From assembly GCF_022539665.2 (NCBI RefSeq), contig NC_081331.1, forward strand, positions 3,100,001 to 3,164,000: a stretch of 64,000 nucleotides of DNA, given 5' to 3'. Below are positions 1 to 14,264 of the stretch, in pieces. Position 1 is the first letter of the stretch. The number at the start of each line of letters is the position of its first letter. The notes under the pieces were generated by a model. It did no database searches. It was given only the letters and a program-made list of their open reading frames with translations, and was not told the DNA's origin. The translations under genes and the position numbers were made by a program. This stretch comes from Daphnia carinata. Its lineage: Eukaryota.

Positions 1-2024
1 TTTCTGTTTTGAAATCAAATGTAAATTCTCCTCATTAGATCCGATTCCGGGGCCCGTATCGTCGTTCCATTATTCATTCTTTGCAACGCTGTCGGATCAC
101 TCAAAATGTGAAAAAAAAAAAAAAAAAAAAAAATTTATTGCAGTTTTCCCTGAACTGTTACAAAACTCTAAGTCAATCAACAAATAACTGAAAACAAAAA
201 AAAAATGATGTGAAAGGAAACGGAAGACGAGGATTTTGGTGTTGTCATGGCGCGTAATGGACGAGCAATCCAACGGACCATAACTCCTCCTGTCGGTGTA
301 AACACACTTGCTACAGTAACACACAGCGCGCGCTTTTCAAAATATCCCCCCTCCCCCCCCGAAAAAAATTGTGTGTACGTACGACACAAACAAAACGCGT
401 AGGAAGGAAAAGAGGATCGTAAAAATAGTTAAGTGCCCACCCCTGTTTTCATGCTTTTGAAATTCAAACTCATTTTTATGTCCCTTTTTTTGTTATTGTT
501 GTTAACTATTGCCCTCTAGAATATTCGGCGTCAATCAGCGTTGGAAACTAGGGCGGCTGATAGTAGTCATGACGATGATGACTTTATCCGCTTCTTCACA
601 CCTCCATAAAAAAGAGAAGAAACTATAGGCCATCTGCAAGCAACCACAATTGTAAACATTGACCATCTTTGTCATAAAAAAAAGACAAATTGAGGATCTC
701 TTCAAATATCTCCAACGGTACACACGGAAACACCCTCCCCCCCAAACGAAGGTAGGACGGAAACCCAATTAAAATTTATTTCATGCCCATCAGTTTTCGA
801 ACAATGTTGCATTTTCACAGATGAAAAGATACCCTGAAATTTTCAAACAAGAAAAACTAATTACGAGCGCTATTTTTTACGTCTTTCGTGCGTTTGTGTA
901 CTAAAGAAAAAAATGGTCAATTCAAGCCAACGATTCCTGTTATCAGCGCAAAATTCCGTTTTCGTCTTACGGTGAGAAAAAATTGTACCGAAAAAATGTT
1001 AAGGTTATTCGACGCCCCGTAACACGCAGAAAATGATGAACGACATGACTTTTATAGCGCATGATAGGCCTTGATACCCCCATTGTATCATTTTTGTTGC
1101 ACTGTGTGCAGGGGGAAAACCTCAATTTAACGAATAAACAAAGAGAAATTTTCGCCTTTTAAAAACAGGCTTTCGTGAAGCGTGAACGAGACATGGAGAC
1201 GGACAACACACATAGACACGTCTAATGGGAAAGTACTCGAAATCTGAAAGAAAAGACCCGGAACGTACTACAAGCACGGCATCAGTTCACGTGTAAATCA
1301 ATGAAGAAAAAAAAAAAAAACACATCATCATCATTATCATAATTTATGAAATGTGTGTTTTTTTTTTCTTTTCTAGTTTCAATATCGTTACACACCGTTT
1401 GCACCCAATTTTTTTTGTTGGCTCGCGAGGGAAAATGCGTCGCACTCACGCGAGCGAAATCTTTCTTGCATTTCCAAAAATAGAACGGAAACTGGAATTA
1501 ATATTTGGACGTTTTTGTTTGTTTTTTTTTCGTACCCCTCCAAGAAAAATGACACGTTTCCAGGCCACTGGAAAAGTCGAGTTATGTAACCACGAGAATC
1601 ATATCCATTCTAGTCAAATAAATTGACGCTACACCATATTTATGTGTTTACATAGCGCCGAAAAATATTAAGATTAAAAAATTTAATCAACTATTAACTG
1701 TGTTTTGCTACACATTGTTTTGGGAAAAAAAACGTTGATGAAACGTTATTACCTGTTGGGCTCCTTTGTACCTGCCAAAACTACTAAATACGTCTGGAAG
1801 TATAATGTAATCAACTCTCTTTAAAAGAAAAAGAGAAAAGAAAAGAAAACTTAACCAAAACGGTTCCAAATGGAGAAAAAGAATAAAATTTTTCTTACGT
1901 GAATTGTTTGTTGTCACCGCCGCCGCAGGTGCCGTCAAAACTTGAGATGACAAAAAGGGAGAGAATGCCAACAACACACAACAACAACAAAAATAATAAA
2001 ATTGCATATTTTTTTTCCCAACCT

Positions 2025-2046
2025 AGAGAGAGAGAGAGAGAGAGAG
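2025..2046. repeat. (AG)11 microsatellite
   Basis: Uninterrupted AG dinucleotide run read directly from the sequence. Confidence 0.95.
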
Positions 2047-2107
2047 CAAAAAATGGGAAAAAAAAGAAACTTATGACATATCCTGTTTCGAAATGATTTA
2101 CGCATAC

Positions 2108-2260
2108 CTCTGGCCAACTAAAACAAAAAACCAGTGTCTCCCCAAGTCGTCACCGACGTTGGCTTATTCCTCGGTATTTGATTTTACGAGAGAAGAGATA
2201 AAGAACAAGAGCACACACATTCTCTCGCGTGTTGTTGTTGTTGGTTAACGGTTTCTTTTT
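2108..2260 (-). other. Putative non-coding 5' exon of a minus-strand gene extending off the left edge
   Basis: Strong minus-strand donor GAG|GTATGC at 2108/2107. Further donor-like sites lie near 1750-1772, and no credible ORF exists in 1-3900. The start coordinate is approximate. Confidence 0.3.
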
Positions 2261-3948
2261 TTCTTTGTTATTTTATTTTTTTTTCGAGCCTTTAAAAAGG
2301 AAAACGATTCAAGTATGACACTGGGCGCACTTTTCTACCTTGTAAAAAGACACATGTCAAAGCAGACGACATAAAAGCGTGTGTCTGTTATGGGCTATGC
2401 TGTACACGTAAAAAGTTGGTTGTTTCAGTATTACTTTCGAAAGAATCAAGTAACTAGTTCTTTGAGTTTTTAATGACCGGTAAAACTACGCAAAAGGTTG
2501 TCGGGTAGTTCTACTCAAGAGTACAAACACCCCACGTCTTTCAGCTAACCGGTGACTTGAAATTAAAAAAAAGAAATGTAAAAATGATTTGGCTAGGAAA
2601 AATCTACGACGTTGCACGATTTTGTCAAGAAAATTTTTACCATTATTGCCAAAGCGATTTCCGGTGTAGTTTCAAGTGAAAAGCGAATACAAGGGCGACA
2701 ATAAAAAAAAATGGAATAATTTCGGTCATTCGTAGACAGACCATCATTTCTTAGTTCTGTCAACCGCATTTTCACACACAACATTGTCAACGTGCTCAGT
2801 TGTAAACAAAAACCAAGAATCATGTAGTCTGCACAATGTCCTATTGATTTTAACTTTGCATTGGTTTGGGCATGTAAAAAAACAGAGAACTCATAAATCC
2901 AACGGATTGCTGCAAAGATAAAAAAAAATCGTGTACACCGAAAGGTACATTGTTTTACGGGCTTAGCAGGTAATCGTAATCCAGCTATTGAATCTACTGG
3001 GCTACACCAAAAAGTGACCACCATAAAAATAAATTCGACACGGTTGTTTTAATCGCACCTCTCTATCTAGTGGACATAACCCTGCACATATATTTCTGTT
3101 TATATTTCGCTATCTGTTGCCTCGTCTTTACGACCACAAGATTGTGGGGTGTCCTCCTTACGTTTCGTTTCGGTCAAATTCCATTTGTTTGGTTTGCCCT
3201 TTACACCTCAAGGACACGATTACCATTGACTGATACGGGATCGCTTGTGTGGATTTTTATTTCATCAGTCTATCACCAAACGGGGAAGAGAATAATTATA
3301 GAGTGGACATTGGACAAAAAAAAAGAAAACAGATAGAAAAAAAAAAGAAAATTATTGGGAAAAAAAACTTATACACAAATATATAAGGAAAAATAAAGAA
3401 TTCCAGTTGTATGTTTTGTTGTTTTCATCTGACACGAATAAAGTATCATCCCTGCGCCAAAGACAAAAAAAAAAAAGTAATAATAAAAGAAGAAGAAGAA
3501 ATTTCCAATGCACGTCACGATTTTCAATTCCCACCCGATATAGAAATGAAGAGAGAAGGAATCCAACCCGTTTGGGCGCGGTAACACATCGGGAGTGGAG
3601 GGGGAGATGGGCGGGGGAACCCGTGATCAATACATAATAATCGGATGTTCTATTGCAAACCAGAGAACCACAGAAAAAAAGGTGAACTGGAAGGAAAAAG
3701 AAATTTTACAAAAAAGAGAAGTCTGTCGACCCTCGGCGAAAAATGTTCGGCCCTACACCACGTGAAAATAAGGAAGAAGATGAAGAAAAAAAAATAAAAG
3801 GAAACAAAAAAACAAACAAAAGGTAAACGTGGAACAAAGAAAAAAGAGTTAAAGGGAAACACGTCCGGGCCGATGAGAGATGATGCTCACGTCGACATTT
3901 TCTTTCATTCTACTCATTTTGCTGAATAAACATTTAAATCTAAGGTAT

Positions 3949-3975
3949 TTGTTGTTGTTGTTGTTGTTGTTGTTG
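3949..3975. repeat. (TTG)9 microsatellite, (CAA)9 in the presumed Sec16 3' UTR
   Basis: Direct reading; about 75 nt downstream of the Sec16 stop on the minus strand. Confidence 0.9.
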
Positions 3976-4049
3976 TGGCATACCCCTTTCAATTATTTTC
4001 TATTCAAACTCGTCAAATTGTTTTTTTTCGTAAGGTCTTTCGCGTTTTT

Positions 4050-7000
4050 TCAGCGCGGATATCGCCCTCGACTGGCAAGGCCAGGCCGTCCACTAGCGAC
4101 AGCCGCCGGAGGAGCCAATTGGGTCGGGTTGTACATGAAGCGCTCTCCGGAATCGGCCTGTCCTTGTGTGGCGGTGGTCGAACCGTCGGGTTGGGCGGGC
4201 GACGAAACAAAATCAACTGGTGCAGATGATGGATCTATCATGGCCGGTGACGGAACGAAAAATTGCTGTGGTGCAGCAGATAACGACGGAGTTGAAGCCG
4301 GAAATGGATCCAGCAACGGCGCGGGGCTGTTGACCGAACTAATTTTGATGTTGGACGGGTTGACGTAAGCATTTCTTCCAGCTCGACCTATTCGCCCTTT
4401 TTAACGTTAAAACAAAATAAACACAAAATGAGCCCAAATGTTAAAGGCAAAAAATCAAGAATGAATTACCTTTATTCAATCCGAATCTGTTGCCTTCGTT
4501 GTTGTTGTTGTTGGCCGTCAATGAGGCCGGAGCGGGCGAAGAAAATGCCGGGGTGAGTGGCATAGGCGGCAGCGACTGGAAACTCGCGTCCTTCGGGGGA
4601 GGCGCTAAAGCGGCCGCTTCATCCTCGCTATCCTTGGCAGTGTCGACCCACTGGCCCTTCTTCGGATCCCACACGATCTGCTCGAACGTGACACACGGGG
4701 CAAAAGAAACATGAACGTCAAACCCAACACGTTCTTTGTTTTTTTATTACAAGTATTATTATGCACGTACGGTCGGGTTCTTATCGTCGGGCAATTTCAT
4801 TTGGGTCTTGGGTTTAAACTTGCTGAAGAATCCACCCAGCCAGCTGCCTCCGCTTCCGGCCTGTTGAGCCCGAGCGGCTGCTGCCGCAGCTTTACTGCTG
4901 TTATTACTGTTGCCGCCCTCCTGTTTGCCACTCTGCTTGTCGTCCGCCGTGTGTTTCGAATCTGCTGATGGTCCCACTGAAGAAGACGTCGACGGATTGA
5001 AGTAAGACGGATCTGTGAACGAACTCGGCCCGGCGTCTTCATCAGCTGACGTCGCGCTCTGCAAAATCATTAAATATAACAAACATAACAAATAAATAAT
5101 AAATTCAAAATGTTTAGAAAAAAACAAACAAAGGCAAACAATTTTAAACAGAAAAACCAGTTGACTTAATATCAACAAAAAAAAAAAAAAAAGGGAATTT
5201 TCCTTTTGCGTCAAAACACGTATAAACAAATGTCAAATAAAAGCGGCAACAGATGCGGAATTTTCGTGGAAAGGAAACGAAAACAAAAAAGGAGTCGTAT
5301 GCAATCTAGCACAAAGTACTTTGATATTAAGAAGAATAAAGAGAAAATAATGGGATCGCGTAATAAAGTATAAAACAGGCGGAGCGTTAACGACGTAAGC
5401 AAACAAAAAGAAGAAAATACAGCCAATTATTACGGTTGGCAACCGTCCACATTTCCGCGGTCTACTTGACCATCAAAATTTTCGTTACTTGTTTCTTTTT
5501 TTCTTAAAGAGAAGAACAGAGAGACAAATTTAAACAAAAAAAACGTTCGTTTTTTTTTTTTTGGTTCGCATTCTGAACAAAACGGGGGAGAAGAAAAAGA
5601 GAGAGAACTTTATCATCCAAATCATCGCGACCTTTCGGGACTCGGATTGTAATCACCATAACAATCCATAGACGCTATGGAAACGAGCTTGACATTCAAA
5701 ACTTTTTCTAGATCTTTTTTGTCGTCCCTTTTTTTTCGACTCGATTTCTTTTATCCGAAAAGAAAAGAAATGTCAGTAAAACGCATTTTTCTCTCTTTGA
5801 TTTCGACAGGAGAAGACGACGGGTGGGAGTGTTGTCACGGTGATCGCCAACGGGGCTAAGAATAAAAAGCTGTGTCAAAAAAAAAAATGTCAGCATCAAA
5901 GCTCTGCGTGTACGCGCCATGTTTGAACCCCACAAATAAATATAGTAGTAGAAAAAGAAATATCTCTATTCAAGTGATAGAACTCTGTTACGGAGGGTTA
6001 TTCATTCCTCTCTGTTTTTCCGCCCATCGGTTGTCGCTCCTTTTTGTTGTACGTGGACGATAGCATCACAACATACCAAAAATACAATTCAAAAGAACAA
6101 AAAAAAAAAAAGCGATAGGAAACAAAAAAAAAAAAACGGCATTCAAGCCCTATATAGATATCGACTCGGATTCATACACAACAACAAGAGATCAGATTAC
6201 TTGCTACTACCTACAATGGACGATGAAGAGAATAGATTAAAGCGAACGAGCTGGAAAACAGAAAAATGAAACCAAAGATCAACTAGTTGCGGAATGCTGA
6301 AAATGTGAAAAATAAAAAGGAGACGACGAGATTGGATGCTGATAGTCAAAGTGAGCCGATCGGAATCGAACATCCGACGCTCCTGACCTCGGCCGAATGA
6401 TCTTCACGGATGGGTTCGTCAATAGCGAACGTGCGCGGGGTCTTGAGAGTTAGACTCATGTGTTGTCGGCGAGACGAAGCGGCTCCGGCGGCGCCAAAGT
6501 TAAGTGTTAGCGGTCGGTCGATGGGATAAGTCCCGCCGAAAACGACTCGTTTCGCTGTCGCCATGGGATCCACTGCTTTTTCCGCCGTCTCATCGATTTG
6601 CTCCTCGCGCTCATCGTCGGAATGAGCCGAATCTATCGACTCTTGTCGTCCAACAGATTTCACCGCATCACTCCGTTTTGAATCCTTCTGCATTCAAATA
6701 TCAACCCCCCCCCGTCTTTCGAATGTTACATCCAACACAAACACACAATAAAAAGCGAGAGAAAAGAAAAACTTGTTCGACAAATCTTTTCCCTCGTCAA
6801 CCTGGATATTGCGAAAACAGCCCGACTACAAGGAAAAGGATAGAGACATCCGGAAGATTGACTCACCAAATTGTTACTTGATGGGTTCCAGTAATCCGTT
6901 TGAGGGGCTCCGTTGGCTGTACTCGTTTCTCCGTAACTCCACGGCTGTTGCTGCTGCTGTTGTTGTTGAGGCTGCTGCCAACTGTAGCTGGGATTATACT

Positions 7001-10000
7001 GAGACGAACCGTAAGCATTAAAATCCTGTCCAGTCATAGACGGATACGAATTGCTCTGCTGTTCGTTTGCTTGTTGTTGCTGCTGCTGATGGCCGTCTTC
7101 GCTATAATTCTGTTGTTGTTGCTGTCCACCGGACTGCTGCTCATAGTAAGCCGGCTGCTGCACATTTGATGGCTGGTAGAATTGTTGTTGTGGCTGCTGG
7201 GTATTCTGTTGTTGTTCACCGTACTGTTGCCCATGTGGCTGCTGTTGATAGGACGAATAATCGGTACTAGGTGGAAGGGACGACTCCGGTTCAGTCGTTT
7301 GCTGTTCGGGTGTCAACTTTTCACCGCTAACTGTGGGTGAATAATCGGCTTGGGCTGTTTTGGCGGCCGCTTCCAAAGCCGTCAGCCAAGATGGATCGCC
7401 TAATGAAGTGCCGTCATTCTCCGTTAGAAATTGCGGATCGCTGTATTTAAGCATCGAGCCGAGCTGATAGACTTGGTCGATGAGTGACGGTGAGTAGGTG
7501 GACGCATATTTAACTAAAACGTTGCCAACCGCTTCGCAGTATTGCAGGGCTTCAGCAGGTCGGCCATGCTCGGCCAGCCGAGTAGCGTACAGAAACTTGT
7601 ACGATTGGAAGGACGGTATCATGAACTCGGGAGCGGCCAACTGACGGGCGTACTCGTAAACTTCTGTGCACTGAATCGCCTCGTTAGTGGCGAAAGCGTC
7701 AAATGCCAACGAACTTGAAGACGAGAGCAGAACCAACTTGGACGCCTTGTTCGAATAACTGCCAAACTCCACCTGGGCCACCAGGTAACAAAAGTGGGCG
7801 GCCAGCAAAAATCCGCGTGCCGACAGCGTGTCACCCAGCGTCACAATCGACTTCTTGTCCAAATCTGAGCAACTGCCCGCCTTCGACGACGAGTTCGAGA
7901 GGATCATAGCAAGATGAGGCCGCCAGTCACCCCATTTGTCATCGCCGCAGCTCGTCACCGCCGTTGGCTGTCGACCTACGCACATTCATCGATTGAATTG
8001 AGTGACCTTTTGAACGAATTATCATTTTTTTTTTTGAAAGGGCGTATTGTCCAACCTGACATGAGCTGATAAAGAGTTTGGAGTGGATCCGTCAAAGCCA
8101 ATCCGTTGGCGAAGCGGATCATAACGCTAGAATAGGTCCTTTGGTCCATCTTGGAGGCCAAGAACAAAGCATGACCCCATAGGCCTTGCGCCATTGCCCA
8201 TTCCAAAGCCTCCTTCTTGTTACCAAACAAAAGCAACTCGCGGAACTTTTTCGTTACCGACGCTTCCGTCTGGCGTGAAACGAGGGTCCGATCAACCGCC
8301 ACCATTGCCACTTCAGTGCCGCTTTCCGGCACGTCCTATCAAATGAACATAGAAAATGCATCAGCACACATTCAGTCAATCAAAGAAGACCGTCCTTACC
8401 TGAACAATGGGCTCTTTGAGGATTTCGTGATCCTTCAAGAGGAGTTCGGCAATATCGGTACCGACGATCGTTCCATTCTGCCTGAGGAGGAGCAACAAAA
8501 GCTCCCACAAGAGAATGTACGATTGACGATCAACCAACTGGTTGGCATCTTCGGTCGCCCTCCGGATCTTTTGCTGGCAAAAGACGGCCACTTGCTGTTT
8601 ATGGGTCTGGCCAGGTACCAAAGGCCCTGTTTCGCACAAAATCCCCACGAATTCGATTTTCAAAAAAAGGTCTCTACTTAAAATAAACAAATAAATGGAA
8701 ACGTACCGGGGAAGAATTTCATTTCTTGAGCTGTTGGCAGGTCGCCAAGTAGGACGTTTAAATCGTGCAACTCAATATGGGCGGCCACGCCATCTTTGGG
8801 GCTGTTGGGCAAAACGCGCAATAGAATCCCACCCGGAGAAAAGCGCGCAATGACGTGCGGGCACGAAAACTTATGAGGCGTCATGTCCTGAGTAGGCCGA
8901 ATTGTGGTCAGTGGCAGATTGTCTTCATCCTTCAACGATACGACACCCATCCATCAATTATGACAGGAAATTCAATGGCAGTGATCGAAAGGGTTGCTAC
9001 GTACTTGATAAAGGCTATAATCGTAAGCGTGAGACTGATCCAGTCCCGTGGTTGAACCGCGTAACTGCTGAGAGATGGAGTGGTTAGCCAACATGGATGG
9101 ATGGTCTTCATTGACCGAGCTGCGTCCAGAGTGGACGCTGGCCCGATCCGCCTCCGATGCGGCGATGCTACCGAGAGCCGTGCCGGTGCCACCCGTCACG
9201 ACCGTCGGCGTGTAACGCTGGGCGTAGTTGCGTTGGTACCATTCGCTGTAAGCTGCTGGATTCTTCAACCGCAATTCCTCGAACAATGCATAGTTATATT
9301 TCAGGGCGTGGTTAATTTGTTGGTTGTAGTTCATCATCTGCTGATTGTTGGCGGCGGCTGCGGCGGCCGCGGCAGCAGCTGAATGGTGGTATCCACCTGT
9401 GCGGTAAGGATCGTAAGCCGCATCGCGCGCAGCATAGCCATAATAGCGCGGATCCTGCGGATAATAGAGATCACGCGGATCTCGGCGTCTTCCGGCAGAC
9501 GCTGATGAAACAGAATGGCGATAATCACGTTCAGAATGGGCCCGTTCCGACACTTCAGCACCAGCTCTGCATGTAAAAACAAAAGCGCAATTAACGTTTC
9601 TCTTTTCGAATATGTGTGACGTCAAAATGAATTACCTTGCACTGACATCTCTCGAACTTTGATAGTAGCGATCATCAATTCTCGAACGGTCGTTATCACG
9701 ACGTCGGCCGTCCCTATTCAAATACAGAAATGAATTGTAAATTCAAACGAGTTCAAAGTTGACAGCATGTCCTATCGTCAATGTGGAGCACGACTGATAA
9801 AATTGCACGTTGGGCGAAAGAGAGCTCGTACGGGAGGGTGAGGGAACATAGAAACTACCCGGAAACATAGAAACAGGCGTGCACTACAACAATGGCATCA
9901 ACTCATTGTTAAAAAGCAAAGCAAGGCAGCACGGATATTGTGAACAGCGAAAGGCAAAAAACGAATACAAACAATTGCGGCAAACAAATCAGGTGTGAAA

Positions 10001-13000
10001 AGCCCACCGTCTCAGCGTTTTGTTTTGCTTTAAAACGTTTGTTGTCATCACGCACGCATATACACACACGGGAAAAGAATAAACCGACCTGGATGTGTTG
10101 AAACCGTAAGCTGAGCGATTGAAATCACCCGCTGGATCGTTGTTTTCGCCTTCGTAGAGCGAGCTTCTGCGACCACCCGAACGCTCGTACATTTCCGCTT
10201 CCGTCAAATAATAATCCGACCTAAAGCAACTACCAAGTCAGCACACACAGGCCAAACAAAAAATTTCGTGGCTGGGAAAAGATAAACAAAAACCAACAAA
10301 ATGTCTCGATAGGCGAGAACAAAAAAAAAATATACTTATTCAATTAATGGAAACCATTCACCATGCCATCACCCCATTTTTAAGTTTCATTCTTATTTTT
10401 GAGGTGGATTTAAAAATAAATGATAACAGAAAATGTTGTGCAATGCAAAAAATAAAACTCAGAAGGGCAATGGGATTTTTCAAAACGAATAAGTGCAAGA
10501 AAACCAAGCACCTTACGGACGTGATGGCTTAACTTTACGTAATTTCTTTTTTTCCTCAACACGCCTAACATTAAAGCCGTAGTAATCACCCATTTTATGA
10601 TTTTTCTTTTTCCATTCCACTGGATTTTGAATTTCGGTTCGGTTGCTATTTAATCCCTGGGCATTTGTCTCTCGAATCGACACAATGGATTAAGCAATTG
10701 GTCCCAAATTTAAAAAAAAATGGTACGAAAGTGTCCATGGGATATTTTACGAAAACAAAAACCGCGCAACCAACCGTCAAGAAAAAAATAAAAATAAAAG
10801 AACGAACCGTCGGGTATCGCGTCGCCGAGCATCGCGGGCACGATCTCTGTCAGGAGGTCCATAACCGCTACGACGGTCATCGTCATAATCCTGGCGGTTG
10901 TAAGCGCGATCACGGTCGTCATAGCGACGCGGGTCACGGTGATCGCGTTCCCGATCCCTTTCATTATCATAGCGACGATCTCTTTCGCGATACGTTGTCG
11001 AAAATCTTTCATCTTCGTCATCATCCGGGTAGCGGTTGCGACCTTCACGGTCGTAATCGTCACGATCTAAAAATAAAAAACAGGAAAAAAAAAACATAAA
11101 AGACAATGCGAAAGTTTTATTGCTACAGTTGAAGAAGTTGTTTAAAAATAAAAGATTTACCTCGTTCGCGTTCCACACGAGAACCTCGGTCATGCGGTTT
11201 TGTCTCGCGATCACGATCGCGGTCATTCGAAATGCGATCGTCAGATCGATCCACTGATCCGTTCCCGACGGCCGTCCCACCTGTTGGTGTTATGCCGGAA
11301 TTGGGGTTGGCCCTCGGATTTTCCGATCCGATCGTTTCGCTTCGGTGTGGTGGCGGAGGTGAACGACTCAGCGACTGTGTTCGCACTTCTTCAACCGGTT
11401 GCAAAGGCGGAGGGCCTTGCGGAGTTGTAGCAAGGAGCGGTGCCACTGGACCAACAGGAGGTACGGGTACTGGATCGTTTTTAGCGAATCCAGTGACAAT
11501 CCTCTGCTCCGTAACAGGGGTCACCGTTCCAGGTGGTCGAGGCTGTGGTAGAGGCTGTGATTGTTGTGGTTGCGGAGTAGCAACCATCGGTAGTAAATGA
11601 GGATGCGATCCACTACCAGGAATCATCCGCTGCGAGCTTGGAGGCAACATGGACGATGATGTTGTTAAATTATCAGCCCTGGAAAGAGGCACGGCTGACA
11701 TAGGAGGGCCGAATTCACTGCCCACCGCTTCCTGCGAACCTCGCGCGACAGCTGGGGTCGCCAACGGAGTTGGTGCTGCTGTAATATGAGAGGTGGTGGC
11801 AACTGGATAAAAACTTCCTGTGCTCGATACTGGTTTGGGCCGAACAAAGGCATTGCCATCCCCTGGTAGGTGGTAGGGGGAAGGATTGGCGATTGGTGTC
11901 TCTGTGGAAGGAGTCGATCCAGCTAGGCGTGAAGAAGGTCGACTTTCAGCAGGTGATTCTTGTGCCACTTTGCGTTCAGCCAAGGCTCCATATGGAGCTG
12001 TAGGTGGCTGAGAAAAGAGAGGAGTTGGCTGGTCATTTTCATAACCACCTTCTGCATCAGGTCGCTCACTCTCACGCTCCATTGATGGCGTGCCAGACTG
12101 AGAACGACTTCCACTTCCAGGTAAACGATTGCCAATGGACAAGTCAATATTTGAGATTGGCAATCCGCCAACAGGAGGCGCTCCAGGAAATTCGGCAGCA
12201 CTGAATGGTACACCTTGTGGTCCGTTGTTGAATCCTTCTGTCATCGATCCATATGACAGACCAGGATTGATTCGGTTCATGGATACAGGAGGAGCCACCT
12301 CAGGCTCAACAGACGCAGCCAAATCGGCACCTGTTTCAGTTTGTTCCATATTGGGCCCAACTTGCGGAGTAGGTGAAACTCGAATTAATTCTGCGCCTAA
12401 GTTTAACGTCGATGGTGGAGGATGCATCACTCGACCACCTGCGTATAACTGCTGCTGCTGTTCAGGTGGGGCGGGTTGAACTACTCCTGTTGGTGCATAC
12501 ATCTGATCGTTACTGAGAGACGCCGTTGCCGGTGGTAGAGACTGTGATGGATCAGTAAAGGAAGCTCCATCAGCAAACGTGTTCCTTTCACCCAACTCTC
12601 GTGGGTAAGACTGCTCAGCGCCAGGTTCATACGAACCCTGTTCGTGATCAAGGGCTGATCCCCAAGTTGGTACACGAGACCAAGAGGCCGCGTTTGATTC
12701 TTCTGGCAGTGCTGGAGTTGGATGTTGGGGTTGCGACCAAGCAGGTTGTTGCTGTTGTTCACCTTGGGTTTCTTCCCGTTCTTGGTTAGACAGCGACATC
12801 GTGCTAAAACCCGTTTCCAGACCACTACTACCGGGTAACGGCGGCATGTTTGGAAAGTTGGTCGGCTGTTGATTTTCAACTGGGCCGGCTGGTAGAGGCG
12901 GCTGAGGTAATTGGGTTTGCTGGGTATTTTGTTGTTGTTGGTACTCGTTGCCCCATCCCCAATCTTCTCCATCATTCCAGCCCCAGTTTTGATTACTGCT

Positions 13001-13435
13001 TGAAGCTTGACTGTCATACTGATTGTTGTTGACAGCATGTTCAGGTTGATAACTGGACACTTGCTGGGGCAAAGAGTAATCTGGCACATTATACATATTT
13101 GGGGGGTTGGCAGGAGGAGCATTCTGAAGCTTTGGTGCCATAGCTGCTGTTTGGCTAGGTTCTGTATAGTTTTGGAAATTGTTCACGTTCTCATCCCAGT
13201 TCCACGATTCTTGGTTAGTTGGCAGTGGAGCTTGCTGTTGTTGCTGCTGCTGCTGCTGTAATGGTGGCTGTTGCCTTGGTGGTCCCCAAGAACCATTTGA
13301 AGGAGGGTATCCTGCATTATACTGATTCGGGTTGTACATCATCACATTGCCTGGTGCAGATGGTTTGGCTGGTGGAGGATTCCTGCTCGGTTGGTAGAGG
13401 GCAGGGTCTTGCCGACTGGGCCTAGGCGGATTCAT
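4050..13435 (-). CDS. Sec16: Protein transport protein Sec16 (ER exit site scaffold), multi-exon
   Basis: Long P/Q-rich N-terminal exon (13435-11161), then RD/RE-rich exons. The central conserved domain reads [34 protein letters not shown] ... [11 protein letters not shown] ... [23 protein letters not shown] ... [12 protein letters not shown], and the C-terminus reads WLGGFFSKF...[19 protein letters not shown] junctions keep the frame to TGA at 4052-4050. A 5' UTR exon donor lies at 13782/13781. Confidence 0.93.
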
Positions 13436-13784
13436 TTTCACCTATAAAATTATGTAAAACTGTTACTGGAAGTACTACAAGTTTCATCCAAATAATGTTT
13501 GTTGAGGAACATAGTTTCTGTACTTGATTATCTTATGTGAGAGCCTACTAGAACCTTGAAGAAATCACTGATCAGAAATCAAACTAAAGGAAAAGAATTT
13601 TTCGACGAAAAAATTGCCTATGCACTTGCGAATTAAAAACTAGAACGGGTAAATATTCATGTTGTTGCCACCTCTACTTTCGGCTCATTACAAGACACGT
13701 ATGTACGACCATTGAAAGCAAACGATTTAGCTATTTGGTATTTTAATAGGACTAGTACGAAAATAGGATGTTAGAACTAACCTG

Positions 13785-14264
13785 GGTTTAGTAAAATATA
13801 AGCTACATAAGCAAAGAATCAATTAAAACACGAAAAAATGTTGATTCAGTTTACTAGAGAGTTGCTTTCACCGATAAACACCGCTGTGTGACGTCTGCCC
13901 AGGAAACTAGCAAAGCATACTTTTATTCTTTATGAAAAGCTTATAATACTATTGAATCCTTATTTCATGTAAGATTTTTCAAGAAATACGATCGAATAAT
14001 TTTCTATTTAACTTGCACGTATTGAACGAAGCAAATTACGAAGATTTTTTCAGGGAAACATCTGATTCATATGGAACATTTGCTTTCAACTGGCAACGTC
14101 TAAGTTAGGGCCACGTAATGCTTTGCTGTCAAAAGTATAACAAAAAAAAAAAGAGGGGATCAAAACCGGCAGCCTCAAGAAAAATAAACCTATTGGCGGG
14201 TGGTCAAAGTGATAGTGGCGTTTAAATTAGCCAGCATAACTTCGTTTTAATAAATTTACCTACG
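13785..14264. promoter_or_regulatory. Short divergent promoter region between Sec16 and Sec22
   Basis: Genes are head-to-head. The region contains TGACGTC (13889-13895), TGGCAAC (14091-14097) and GCCACGT (14110-14116). Confidence 0.6.

Noticed and set aside
97..3862. Many 60-140 aa ORFs in the left 4 kb
   Set aside because: They are dominated by F/K/L runs from homopolymers, with no recognisable motifs or coherent exon chains.
5610..5860. Two GC-richer exon-like patches in the long Sec16 intron
   Set aside because: Their phases do not fit the flanking phase-0 exons, or they stop almost immediately; they cannot be supported without transcripts.
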